Source of the DNA: a virus
Taxonomy: Duplodnaviria; Caudoviricetes
Length of the DNA: 64,000 nt
Virus record (IMG/VR): IMGVR_UViG_2854078061_000001
Location: 44,150-108,149 of that record
Strand: one strand, 5' to 3'
This document shows, one piece after another, positions 32,508 to 45,158 of this stretch. The number at the start of each line of letters is the position of its first letter. Position 1 is the stretch's first letter. The position numbers were made by a program, and so were the translations under genes. The notes under the pieces were generated by a model, which was given only the letters and a program-made list of their open reading frames with translations, searched no databases and was not told the DNA's origin.

Positions 32508-35500
32508 ATATTATCTTTCCTGACAGCTTATTCCGTTGATAAAGACGGCAATACTGTTGGTGGATTAAAACAGTTGACATCTTCCGCTAAAAATCTTGTA
32601 ACACAACTAAAGAAAACTTTCACTACTGTATCTGTTGGCTATAAGAATTTTAAAGATATGGACGAAGCTGTTCGTGGCAGTGGTTCTTCTTTCTCTGATT
32701 ATATCAGATGGGCATCAGAAAGTGAAGAGGCAACTGAAGCTTTTGGTCTTGCAACCTTGTACGCTAAAGCTCGTGTTATTGCACTCAATATGGCCGTAGG
32801 TGCTGGCATTGGTTTAGTAGTTTCTTATTTCTCAAAGAAAATTATCGAAGCAGCGCAACGTACAGATAAACTCGCAGAATCTTCCAAAGAAGCAGCAGAT
32901 GCTGCAACCAACACAAAAACTTCTTTGAAAGAACTCGCAGATGAATATGAAAATCTTGGAGATAAATCGACCTAGGACACTGATAGTTATGACAAAGCGA
33001 AAGGCATTCAGGAACAAATTCTTCAACTCGCTAAAGATCAGGGTACATTAGACGAAGATAAAGTCAACAAAATTGATCTTCAAAATGGTAAATACGAAAA
33101 TCAACTTGCTGTTTTGAAAAAAATTCGTGAAGAGCAAGTTCGTGCTTCTACTGATGACTATGAAGATGATAAGAGAAGGCAAGGCCAGAAATTAGTTAGC
33201 GATGCAAAAAGCGCTGTTGACGGTGGCTATGTTTTAACTTCGTCTTTTGATCACGATATGGCTGAAGATTTACAGGCTCAAGGTTTCAACCTCTTTAAAG
33301 GTATTAGTAATAACTCACTAGTCATCGGTCCCGAAGATCCAAATGATCCTCAGTCGGTTCTTGACTGGTATGACGATCTTACCGAAGCCTTAAAAGTATT
33401 GAGAAAGCAATATTCTGATGCTGACCTTGAAGAGAAAGGTATCTATGAAGGCTTGTACAATATTCTTTCCGCTCAAAAAGAAGCGTTGGATGATCAGGTT
33501 GCTGCTTACAGAAATTCCGCTGATGTTCTGAAGAAGAATAAAGAAGAAGTTGGTAAATACGATCTTTCTAATGATCTTTCTGCAAGTAAAAACTTCCGTG
33601 ACAATCCGCAGCCTCTGTCCGATTCTGAAGAAGCCAAAATTGATTCAAAAATCCAAAAGACGAAAGAGTATAAGGACGCAGTCGAAGAAGCCCAGGAAAC
33701 AGAAGCCAAGTGGGAATCTGGCGGTTTCAATAAGTATGGCAACGTTGATAATTTCAACCGTGATAAGATTGACTGGACCAAAGAGAATCTCGAAAAGTAT
33801 AAAGATTTTGTTGCTGAGCAAAACAAATTCAACCCTGGCGAAATAGAAGAAGGTGGATACTCCACTGTTCTCGGCGTATACGACAATCTTTATAGAGAAA
33901 GCCCCGAAATGCCGCTCATGGCTTACACTCCGATGCTTCAGACTGAAGATGGCCTTGTTCCGCTTACCGAAGATCAGGTGCGCAGCTATATTGAGACTAT
34001 TGCAGAGAAGTGCTGGACAGAAGATGACACCATTGACCTCGACAAGTTAATGAAGCTTGATGCTACCGGACTTGAGCGAGACATCAATGGTGAGATGATT
34101 CGTGTCAAAGGCATGATTGCAGGTGTTGAGGGCGGCACTGGTTCTGATGGTAAAAAGCTCACAAAAGCGGATATCATGGCTATCTCTGGTTCAAGCAATG
34201 ACGAAATTGCTCAAGAACTGTATGGTGGGGAAATGGGCGATTATTCTGGCATGGGCTGGTTGAGTAAATATATTGGTCGTTCTATGCATGACGCTCAGGC
34301 TGTTGCCCAAGAAGGTAAGGATAATATTGAATCGATATATGACAGTCTATATGATAACCTTGCATATGGGAACGATATTACCACTAAGAATCAACTCTCA
34401 AATGATTTACAAGGTGCTTTTGATGATATTGCCGAATCTCTTGGTAAAGACTCTCGTGCAATGACAGTATCTGATGTTGTTGGTCTTACTGCCGATGATG
34501 TAGAATTAACTGACGAACAGGCCGCAGCTATCAATACTCTTACAGAGGCAGCCACGAAATACAAGACTTCTATTCAGGGTGTGGCTGAAGCTGGCGAAGA
34601 AAATGGTATGTTTGGTGGTATCGAAAATGCCGTAAATGGCGTATCGTCTGCTATTCAACAGATGGAAACCATCTCTCAGAATATAGACAACATCCAATCT
34701 GCATATAAGGCTTGCACAACCGCTATGGACGAATATAACAAGTATGGTTATATGAGTGCAGACGCTTTGCAGGGTCTCTTGAGCATGAATGACGAGTATC
34801 TTGCATGTCTGGATGTTGTAGATGGAAAGTTAAAGATCAACAACGAACGTTATGCTGATCTAATTGTTGCGCAGTATACCGAAGCTGAGGCAACCGCAAT
34901 CGATCAAGCCATGAACGAACTCAATGCGCTTCAAAAGGAAGATGCTAAGAAGAAAACCGAGGATTTAACGACCGCCACCGAAGAGCAGCAGACCGCCCTT
35001 GAAAATGCCGTACCCGCTATCCAAAATGCAACAACCGCTACCGGTGACTTAGCTATCGCTCTGGCGACCGCACAAGGAGCAGCCGAAGGCGATGACGCAA
35101 TGCAGGCGAAAATTGACACAATAACAGCCGCATTGAATACTCGTCTGACCGCTATTCATAGTAATATGCAGACTGCTATTAAAGGCGGAAAAGAGCTTAA
35201 AAACCAACTTAATGGATTTAACAAAACAAATAAAGGATCAAGCTCCAAGTCTGTAACAGATGCTGCATCCGCATTCGATACACTGACAAAAGCCATGAAG
35301 GAATATAACCAGTATGGCTATATCACTGTCGAAACCATGAAGTCTCTTATGACTTTGGAAGATAAATTTACGTCTTGCTTAGTAAAAAATGGAGACCATT
35401 TAGAAATCAATGCAAATGCGTTTAGAAAGTTAGTAGAAAATCAATTAAAGGAAGAAGAGGCGAACGGGAAAGCGTCTAAGAAGGCAACCGAATTGTCTCG

Positions 35501-38500
35501 AATCCTTTCGTATTTGGATAAAAATGTTCACTCTTCTACAATTACATTTGAACAGCTTACGGATGCGATTAAAGGATATGGTTCTGCTCTTTCTGATGCT
35601 AAAGCTGTAACAGATGACTTTAAGGGTGTTTGGGACAACGGAAAAGTAGTCAAGGAAAAGACAAAAAAGAGCCGTACTGGTGCTCTGGATTATGAAGGCA
35701 CTGAAGCTCAAAGTGCCGCGCTGCAATCCATTAAAAAGTATAGTGAATATGATCCGGATCTGATCAATAAAGCCTACAATAAAGATACTGGTAAAATCGA
35801 CCTAAGTGGTGATGTGTTAAAGGATGCAGTCGTTAAATCTTTGGAACAACAGGCAAAAGCCGCCAGAGATGAGAACAACGCGGCTGCCAATGCAATTGCT
35901 GATAGTTATGAAACTGCTGCCAATAATATCAAGAACAACGTTATTTCTGTTCAAGACTACTTCGACGGACTGGGTTCTACGGTTGAAGAGTTTAGCTCCA
36001 AGATCGACGATATGCAGAACGCATGGACCGATTTGAGCGATGTCACAAACGAGTATAACACTTACGGCGGTTTGAGCATTGACAGTATTCAGAAACTGCT
36101 TACAATGTCTCCCGAGTATCTGCAGTTCCTCAAATTGGAGGGCAACCAGCTCGTCTTTAATAAAGAAGCGATGCTGGCAAAAACCAAGGCCGACATTCTG
36201 GCAAAGGCTGCAGAGCTCGAACTAAAAGATGAGACCAAAGATCAAGCAGAGATTCTACGTGCGTTGGCGGATTCTCTTGATAAGGGCGCAGATTCGATGG
36301 AGGGCATGGGCAAATCGGCTGACAAGCTGAAGACCCTGATGTCCCAACTGAACACTGTTTTGAATTCTTTTATCGGTGTTTTTGATGACTTGAACGACAA
36401 ACAGTCCAACGACCTCAAGATTCAGGGTGAAGCTTGGATCGATGTTATTGACAAGCGTATTGACGCACTCAATGAAGAAAACGATGCACAGGAGCGATCA
36501 ATCGAACTGGCAAAACTTCAGGATGAATACGAGCGTGCAAAGGCCAATAAGACTGTTCATGTATATGGCGGCAGAGGTCAAGGTTTTGTATGGAAAGCAG
36601 ATGAAAATGCCGTTCGTGAAGCTGGGAAAAACCTATCTGACAAGCAGCGTGAATATAAGAAGAAAGATGAAATTGACAAGCTGGAAAAGCTCAAAGATAA
36701 AGTTCAGGAAACCAATAATCTTATTGGCACCAGCTGGGATGATTATCAGAAGAAGCTGAAATACACAGCCGAGTTCGAGGCTATGACATTTGAGCAGATG
36801 GAAGGTCACTATGACGGTTTCAAGAGTAGTGTCCTTAACAATATGCAGGCCATTCAGGGCGCGACAAACGTCAAGAATGTTATCACTGATATTTCCAATT
36901 TGATCTCTACTTTGGAGACACTGGCGAATATTTTGAACATTCTTAATGGCGGAAGTGGTGACGGCGGCGGAGTCTTTGGCTTCATCAACCAAATCAAGAA
37001 CATGTTCACTGGCGAAAACGGTGATTTTGATCTGGGTGGTGGCTTTAAGAAGATGTTCGATGGAGCTGCTAAGGTGGTTTCTGACGGTTGGAACTGGATC
37101 ACTGGTAAGAACAGGGCTGGTTCTGCCGCACTAAAATCAGACACCACTGCGACATTGGATATCCTTGGCAACACAATAAAGGTGAATACCGGCGATATTC
37201 AGCGTGTATCTGGTGGATTCTTTGAGAGACTAGTTGGTGCTGCGAAAGACAATCTTGGCAGTATCGGTAAGTTCTTCTCAGGTGCATAGACATCTATCTC
37301 TGAGAAAACCGGATTGATGTTTACTGATATTGGCTCGTTCTTCACAGAAGGATTTGGCCTGTTGAACAGTCAGACAGGACTTGGTCTTGGTGGCATTGTT
37401 GAGACCGTCGGAAGTATGTTTGGCCCAATTGCGGCTGGAGCACAGTCTATCGGTAGTGCCATCTCGTCTGGCGTTGTAAGCTTCTTCCCTTCTATCTTCG
37501 CCGGACTTGGTACTCTGGTGACTAGCGTTGGCAGTGCAATGGCCGCTATGATGCAAGCGATTGCTGCTGCTCTTTCTTCCATTCCTATCGCTGGTTGGAT
37601 TGCTGCCGCCGCAGCTGTTGCAGGTGCAGTTGCTCTAATTGCTACGATTGCTTCGATTGCAAGTAATGTTTCCAATACACAGGTTGATGAACCTACTCCC
37701 GCATTCCAAGCAAAGAAATATGCAAAGGGTACTCGTGGCGTTAAGAAGAGCCAGATTGCAAACGTTGATGAAAAGGGCGAAGAGCTGATTGTTCGTAACC
37801 CAGACCAGGGACGCATGACCTACCTTGAAAAGGGCGACGGTGTTATTCCTGCAAAGGAAACCGACAACCTGATGGCGATTGGCGCTGACCCCGAGGGCTG
37901 GCTGGCAAAGGGCTTGGCCGAAGTGACTGGTAGTGCCGCAGCCGGTGCCGGTATGAGTGCCCAAGGTCCGAGCGCTCAGTTGAGTGGTGCTGCAGCTGCC
38001 GCAGCCGCTGGCGTTGGTTCGATTTTCAAGAGCGAGTATGACGAGATCCTTGGCGATACAACTGAGTTTATGTCTGGACTCTCTGACATCTTCAAGAAGA
38101 GTGATAATCCGATTATTGCCGCCGTTCAAAGCATGATTTATATGGCCACTAAGACTGTATATCGTATGTCTACGGTCGGTAAGATTAACTCTTCTAAGAC
38201 AGTGACAGAATCCACCAGCAACACAAAGAAGGCGACCCAGAGCCAAATTTCGTCTATGACGAGCAACTTTGAGTCTAGCTGGAAATCTGTGGCTGGCGAG
38301 CTCGGTCTGGACACAAAGGATATTGAAGAAACCAGCAAAAAGATGTCTGAGAAGATGAATGAGCTGGTGAACAACACCTTTGATGCGCTGAACGAAAACA
38401 CCGGCCTTAGCGCCGAGCAGGTTGAAGATGTCACCAACACGATGTTCGATTCGCTGCAAAAGATTTATACCAGCGGATGGAACAGCCTTGCTTCCACTTC

Positions 38501-39602
38501 CGGCGACATGTCTAAAGAGATTGCGGATAAGCTGAATGCGTCTTATAAGTCTTCTGTTGATAGCACAAATAAGGCCATGAACGAGATCTCCAAGGCATTC
38601 GGTCACAGCTGGAGTAAGGTTGGTGGCGGTGTAAAAACCCTGAGCACCAATGTTCAAAAGACAATGGAGCAGGCATGGGCTGACACCAGCCAAGACACCC
38701 AGAAGCTGATGTACGATATGCGTGCGTGCTTTGACAATAGTTGGAGCATGAATGAGGCTGGTGTAACTCATCTGGCAGACATGACTGAGCAGACCATTGG
38801 CGGTGCTTATGACGAGATCACCTCTGATGCCGCAAATACGTTTGGTAATGGCGGTTCTCTGTCCACTGAGACAGACAACGCATGGGCGAATGTTGAGCCT
38901 GGCGCAAAGGACATTAACACCAATCTGACATGGATGATGGACCAGTCTTACAACGCCATCAAGGCTGGATGCGAAGCTGCCGTTACATCGATTAAAAACG
39001 ATTTGGCGACCACAGGCGATGCATTTGAAGCTGTTGGTAAGAAGGCTGCTGATACTTCTGCCGCAATCAGTGAAGCAAGTCAGAAAGCACAACAGAGCAC
39101 ACAGCAGAATACCGGTCCAAGCAAGGGCGTGACTGCCGCTGCTGGTGCGGGCATCGGCGCTGCCGTTGGTTCATTCCTTGGGCCTCTGGGTGCAATTGGC
39201 GGTGCTGCAATTGGCGGTTTCTTTGGCAGTCTGTTTGGCCATGCAAATGGTCTGAAGTCTGCTAAGTTCCCTCACATGGCTAATGTTGATGAGCAGGGTC
39301 CTGAGATGTTGGTTCGTAAGCCGGATTCCGGTCGGTATACTTATCTTGAGACTGGCGATGGTGTTGTCCCTGCCGATATCACCTCTCGCCTATTCGAGAT
39401 GGGCGGCAACCCGGATGCATGGTTCCAGAAGCAGATGACAAAGTACGGTTCTCAGCCGATTGTTCAGGGCGGCGGTGGAGATGTTACAACTTCGATTGGC
39501 GATATTATTATCACAAATCCCGTTGGCAGCTCTGATGCTCTGGCAAATGAAATCAAACAGAAGTTACCGACTAAGGTTGCTCAAATGCAAAGTAAGCGGT
39601 AA
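32508..39602 (+). CDS. Tape measure protein, exon 2 (2364 aa, TAGs 32973-32975 and 37287-37289 read through)
   Basis: Three in-frame ORFs joined only by TAGs; EYNxYG repeats; C-terminal A(K/N)G...VDExGxE motifs. Confidence 0.88.
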
Positions 39603-39616
39603 GTAATAGTTTTTAC

Positions 39617-39660
39617 AGCCGATACCACTAGGATAGCCTAGCAGGTCGGCTTTTATTTTT
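39617..39660 (+). terminator. Hairpin/terminator after tape measure gene
   Basis: AGCCGA...TCGGCT then TTTATTTTT. Confidence 0.65.
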
Positions 39661-39676
39661 GATTAGGAGGAATAGG

Positions 39677-40897
39677 ATGGCAGATAAATCAGTAACTGAT
39701 GTGCTGGCCGAAGTGGTGACTTCTGCCGCCGAACACGCCGTAAAGAACGCAAAATTTGACGTGTCCGCCTATGGAGTGATTACAGAAAAAGAAGACCAGC
39801 ACTATAAAATCGCTGTATTCGGTGGCGAGTACGGCATTGTAACAAATCACGACTACATTGTGGGCCAGAAGGTTGTTGTGACTGCATTGCAGGGCAACTT
39901 CCGTAACCTGATCGTATCGGAGAGTAATACCAGCGTTGAGATTTTGACAGTGAAATCTCTGGTGACCGGTGTTGATAGCTTGAACGCCGAGTTTGAGTCG
40001 ATGAAAGACAAATCCCAGCAGACAGAAGATACTGTTCAGGATCAGCTGAAAAATACCATCAATACTTGGTACAGAAATGGTCATCCGCATACATACAACT
40101 ATCCTGCTTCAGATTGGAAGACAGATGAAGAGAAACAAGCACACGTCAACGACATCTACTATGATAAAAGGACTGGCATTTGCTATCGCTGGGTATATGA
40201 TCAGGATAAGCGGCAGTATTTCTGGATGGAAATTGTGGATGCCGGTGTTATCAATGCACTGTCGATGGCAACATCCGCACGAGATCTTGCGACAGAAAAA
40301 GTTCGTGTTTTTACTGACACACCGACTGCTCCATACGATGTGAATGATCTATGGATTTATGGCGGTGTTGGTGGTGCATTGTATATCTGTATTACTGCGA
40401 GAGGTGAAACTGAAAAATGGACATTCAGCGACTGGGCTGTTGCGACAAAATACACGGATGACACTACTGCAAACGCAGCGGTTGAACGTGTTGGCGCTCT
40501 TGAGACAAAAGAAGCCGACGATGTAGCTAGTCTGTGGCGCTCGATGAATGGCTTTAATGATAATATTGGTGGTTTCACAAACAAAGATTATACCGCCACA
40601 AAGAAACAAGTATACGACAATAAAAGCAACATTGAGAAAAATGCTTCTGATATTACTTCGTTAAGGACAGACCTTGATGACGCAAAAACGGCTGAATCCA
40701 ATCACTATCAAGATATGACACGCAAGATCTCGGCTGCAAATACCAACATCTCGACCCTGAAAACGAACGTATCAGATATCAATAAAACGATTTCAGAAAT
40801 CACTGTTGACAATTTTCTGGCCGCACTGAATCTGGCTGTGAATACCAATGGTGAGCTTTGCTATATATCGAAGGATAATTCGGAGGTGATAACTTGA
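39677..40897 (+). CDS. Minor tail protein
   Basis: AGGAGG RBS; VFTDTPTAPYDVNDLW / DWAVATKYTDD tail-associated domain; coiled coil. Confidence 0.75.
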   Translation: MADKSVTDVLAEVVTSAAEHAVKNAKFDVSAYGVITEKEDQHYKIAVFGGEYGIVTNHDYIVGQKVVVTALQGNFRNLIVSESNTSVEILTVKSLVTGVDSLNAEFESMKDKSQQTEDTVQDQLKNTINTWYRNGHPHTYNYPASDWKTDEEKQAHVNDIYYDKRTGICYRWVYDQDKRQYFWMEIVDAGVINALSMATSARDLATEKVRVFTDTPTAPYDVNDLWIYGGVGGALYICITARGETEKWTFSDWAVATKYTDDTTANAAVERVGALETKEADDVASLWRSMNGFNDNIGGFTNKDYTATKKQVYDNKSNIEKNASDITSLRTDLDDAKTAESNHYQDMTRKISAANTNISTLKTNVSDINKTISEITVDNFLAALNLAVNTNGELCYISKDNSEVIT

Positions 40898-42666
40898 AAC
40901 CAATTCTATCTAAAATCGGCGCATTTGATGCCACAAAGGATCATACATTTCAGTTTGCCGCATACGCAGACATTGATATCATTGCTCTTATCGTCTTCGA
41001 TACTCCGACGGGCAGTATTTTGCAGGGTGATACGCTTTCAAAAGGCGTGTATAAGTTTGGTACATTCCCTGCCGGTGGCACTGGTCTGGCACGATATTTT
41101 ACAATTCCGGCAGGCACGTTTGAGAACCGCAAAGATCCGTATTATATGATCATTCGCTGCCGACTGAAAGGCACGAATCTGTTTTCAGAATACTCTGACA
41201 AACTGTTGTTTTATTGTCACGAGGAACCAACAATCAAACTGAACGACCTGAGTTCCTCTGGCGTGACTACTATCCCCTACCCTTCTTATTCCTTTGAGTT
41301 CTCTTACAAGTATAAGGTATCGGAGGGTGAATCAGTCAATCGTTATGAATTTTGGCTCTATGATGCGAACCGCGAGCTGCTGAAAAAGTCAGTGAGCTAC
41401 TATTATCGCGACTCATTGAAGGGGTTTCAGATCGATGGACTGGATAACCATACCCTGTACTATCTGAGAGCGACGGCAGAATCTGTTGGCGGCTATCAGC
41501 TGGACACTGGCTTACAGGCGTTCCGAACTGACTATCCAGAGTATGTGGATGACGTAGAATTCACCGTGCAGAATAATTATCGTATGGCTAATATCAGTAT
41601 GCACGCACAGTATTTCCTAACAAGAAGCAGTGGTGCAAATGCCCTGCGAATCAAGCGGCGCAAGAAAGGCGCAGCAATCTGGACTTCGCTTTATCAGGAA
41701 GAGATCGACTTGAACCATGTCATTATGAAGATGGGCTGGTCGAACCTTCACATCAATAAAACGACTGGTCAGCCGATGGGTAACTATAAGGCAGTTACCT
41801 CGGATTATATCGACAAGAATCGAGTTCTTTCTTTCCAGTTCAAATCTGAGGACAAAGCGTTCTGTCTGATTGCATATACCGCTGACCGCAAGTTCATCAA
41901 GGCATCAAGTGATTTTGCATCGACCGACGAATTCAGAAGTTCCAGCGAGTACAAGGAGTGGTTCTCTGAGACCTTCTTGAACAACATGAAATACTATCGT
42001 GTTGAGGTATCGGCAACAAAGAATCAGGATTTGGAGCCAAAAGACTTCAATGACTTTTATATGTACAGCGCTGACGATGGTTATGTGATGATTGACTACA
42101 CCGACCTGTACGCCATTGGCCGCAAGACCGACTATGAGTACGCCGTAGCTCCAGTTGCAAATGGCATTGAGCTTGGTTATGCAAAGGCCAGCGTTGTAAG
42201 TGACTTTGATGGTGCTGTAATCACTGACGGCAATAAGACCTACCATATCTTCCTTGAACCAAAAGTTGACAGTGTTGAGAAGGTGCGTTCTGCTACAGTT
42301 GTTGAGACGATGGGAAGCAAATACCCGTATCTGTTTGCTGGCAGTGAAGCCAATTATTACAGCGGCCACTTCTCTGGTGTTGGCATCCGTTTTGATAACA
42401 CAATGAAAGACTTTGATATCAATGGCGGCAATGCATTCCGTGATGAACTGAGCGAGTGGCTGACCAACGGCAGTGCGAAGCTACTGAAGATGTTTGATGG
42501 CCGCAGATGGCTAATGGGTGTCAATGGCAATGTGTCTATCTCCTGCTCTGATCATTACGACAAGGGCGTATTGGAGTTCGACTTTGTGGAGCTCGGTGAC
42601 GCAGAGAGTGAGAGCGACATGTATAACAATGGGCTGAGTGATTATCAGCCGGGAGGCAGCGTATGA
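40894..42666 (+). CDS. Distal tail-like protein with FN3-like domains (YomH-like)
   Basis: YEYAVAPV; VETMGSKYP...ANYYSG; WLTNGSAKLLK; FDFVELGD. Confidence 0.75.
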   Translation: MKPILSKIGAFDATKDHTFQFAAYADIDIIALIVFDTPTGSILQGDTLSKGVYKFGTFPAGGTGLARYFTIPAGTFENRKDPYYMIIRCRLKGTNLFSEYSDKLLFYCHEEPTIKLNDLSSSGVTTIPYPSYSFEFSYKYKVSEGESVNRYEFWLYDANRELLKKSVSYYYRDSLKGFQIDGLDNHTLYYLRATAESVGGYQLDTGLQAFRTDYPEYVDDVEFTVQNNYRMANISMHAQYFLTRSSGANALRIKRRKKGAAIWTSLYQEEIDLNHVIMKMGWSNLHINKTTGQPMGNYKAVTSDYIDKNRVLSFQFKSEDKAFCLIAYTADRKFIKASSDFASTDEFRSSSEYKEWFSETFLNNMKYYRVEVSATKNQDLEPKDFNDFYMYSADDGYVMIDYTDLYAIGRKTDYEYAVAPVANGIELGYAKASVVSDFDGAVITDGNKTYHIFLEPKVDSVEKVRSATVVETMGSKYPYLFAGSEANYYSGHFSGVGIRFDNTMKDFDINGGNAFRDELSEWLTNGSAKLLKMFDGRRWLMGVNGNVSISCSDHYDKGVLEFDFVELGDAESESDMYNNGLSDYQPGGSV

Positions 42667-45143
42667 CATATCTTCCGACTGACGCAGACCTGGCGCTATT
42701 GAACAATCATTCGTCTAATATTTACTGCCGCATTGATATGCTGAACAAAGATTTTATTACAATTGATAGTTTGGAAGGTCTTGTGATCGATGGTTCTATT
42801 TCTATCGACTCAGAATCTGACGTGCGGCGAACCTTTAATGTGACCTTGTATCTGGGTAAGAAGAGCGGCATTTCAAGCCTGACGGAAGAGGATTGGATCA
42901 GTAAAAATGTGCGTGTATTCATTGGTCTGTCAGGAAGAGGAATGTCGAAAATCAGTGCTTCAAAGAGTATTGACGAGATGATCAGGGAAAATGCGGATTA
43001 TCAGCTCGCTGCGACGAATTATGATGATTTGATTCAGGACATCACAAATAGAGGCTATGCAAAATACGGCAATATCGACAATCTGAATCGAGATGTGCTA
43101 GTGTGGACACGAGCCAATATCTCAAAGTATCATACGTTCTTTGACCAGATCAATGACGGCACGCCACCGGATGACCCAGCTGAAGCAGAAGAATGGTACA
43201 CCAAACTTGGTGATTACTCTACAGTTTTGGGAAGTGATGACCCAATTTGTCAAGATGGCCCTTATATCGCATTTACACCGATGCTGCAGACCAAAGACGG
43301 ACTTGTGCCGCTTGTGAAGGATGATATCTGGGCTTATCTGGATGCTGTGGCAACAAAAGCGAAGTCAATGAGCGGCGGTCTCTCCCCTGCCAATATCTTT
43401 GAGGTAGATAAATCAGGCATCGATAGTTTCGTGTATGGTAACAAAATGCATGTCCATGGGATGATTGCTGCTGTTGAAGGTATGGTTCTGAACGGAGTTA
43501 CGCTTGGTAAGGTGGATGTTTCTGCTATTGCCGGTTAGAGTGAGGACGAATTAAGGGAGACCTACGGAAAAACCAGTGTGTTTGCAGGACATTCCATGCA
43601 CGACATTCAAGCAGAAGTGATTGACACAAAGACCGCGTTGAATGAGTTGTATAACGACCTGTTCCTTAGCTATTCCAATTCAGCTGATAATTCTTATGTT
43701 AATGGTGTAAAAATCTATTGGTACAACGAGAGGTGCTATACATTTACATCCAATGGCTTTACATATAGCGCAACAGAAAACACTGTGCAGGCCAGCTGTG
43801 TTGACTTGGTTTCTCGTACCAACGGAGACTTGGGTGGACAGCTGGTTGGTGGTACACATCGCATTGAGAAAGGCACTCGTATCGGTGATGCCATCTGGAC
43901 GGTGATGAGAGATGAGACGGAGTTTAAGAAATATTCTATCGACTATTGGAGCCGCACTGTTCCACATGACTTGGATTATGATACTGGCTCGACTGTTTGG
44001 GATATTCTCTCAGAATTGCGTGACCTGTATTATCCGTTTGAGATGTATTTTGACGATGATGTGTTTGTATGCAAGGAAATCCCCAGTGGATTTGACGACC
44101 CGCCTGTACTTGACCCGGAAGTATTCGAGAAGCTTGTGACAAACGATGGCGAATCGGCCACGGTGGATTATTCCGCTGTTCGAAACTGTGTCGAAGTGTT
44201 TGGTGCGACGATTGAAGCGGATGGAGCTGCAACTGTAAAAGGATGGTCTGGAACAAATAAAACAATCAACCTTGTATTGAACGCAACCGAATCAACATGG
44301 AAAAGTGAAACGAAAGTATCTTTTGTGGCTCCTGCAAATGTTGAAGCTGCCAAGACGGACAAAAATGGCAACGTAACAAGTGGCGCTATGACAGTTGTGT
44401 TGACATTTACATGGAAGTACAAGGATAAAGACGGCAATGAACAAGTTGGCTCTGAGACAAAGACCAGCACGCTGTATCGTTCTTTGACTGATGCCAATGG
44501 TTCAGATGTCATTCAAGACCCCGGATGTATTAAGGCTACAAAGTATTATGTTCTTCAGTGGAATCCGAATACTGGCCGCATCTACTTTTTGGGCCAACAG
44601 CAGAGTCACGCTATGGCAAAACTGGTGGACGAAATCCCAGCTACCAAAGAGATCGAAGCTCAAAAGGCAGAAGATAACTGCGACAATATGGCTTTTATCT
44701 GTGTGAATGACCCGAACAATATTGACGACCTGTACAATGCACGGTTATCCATTGAAAAGATCGGTCGTAGAACTGAGATTCTATCGGGTGGAGACTACGA
44801 GAATTACACCACGGATGACGCAGCCATGGAAGTTTGTCAATACGAACTGTGGAAGCGTGCCCGCCTGACGGACGGCCTGAGTGTGACCACGCGACTGGTT
44901 CCGTGGCTCGACGTGAATGAAAAGATTCAGTATGCTGCCAAATATCTGGGCGGTAAGACCCCCGTGGATTGGATCATCAAGAGCATCTCTATGAATCTTG
45001 GCGAAGGCACAATGTCACTTTCTTTGAGCCGCTATTACCCCTATTACACTTATATCGTAAACAACAAATATACGTTCTATCAGGACAATTTGTTTGATAA
45101 ATATTTTCCCGAATTAACTGCCACTACGGCAGATGAACAATAA
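42663..45143 (+). CDS. Baseplate hub/tail tip protein (826 aa, TAG 43536-43538 read through)
   Basis: SISIDSESDVRRT; VPHDL...TVWDIL.ELRDLY; VPWLDVNEKI. Confidence 0.8.
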
Positions 45144-45158
45144 GAGAGGAGTGAGCAA

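Noticed and set aside
37635-39092. Long minus-strand ORFs (also 48738-50240, 53323-54777, 47736-48713)
   Set aside because: Antisense shadows of codon-biased + strand genes; no RBS or recognisable motifs.
43062-43613. Intein in the baseplate hub
   Set aside because: No N-terminal Cys/Ser block A or terminal His-Asn signature at the insertion borders.
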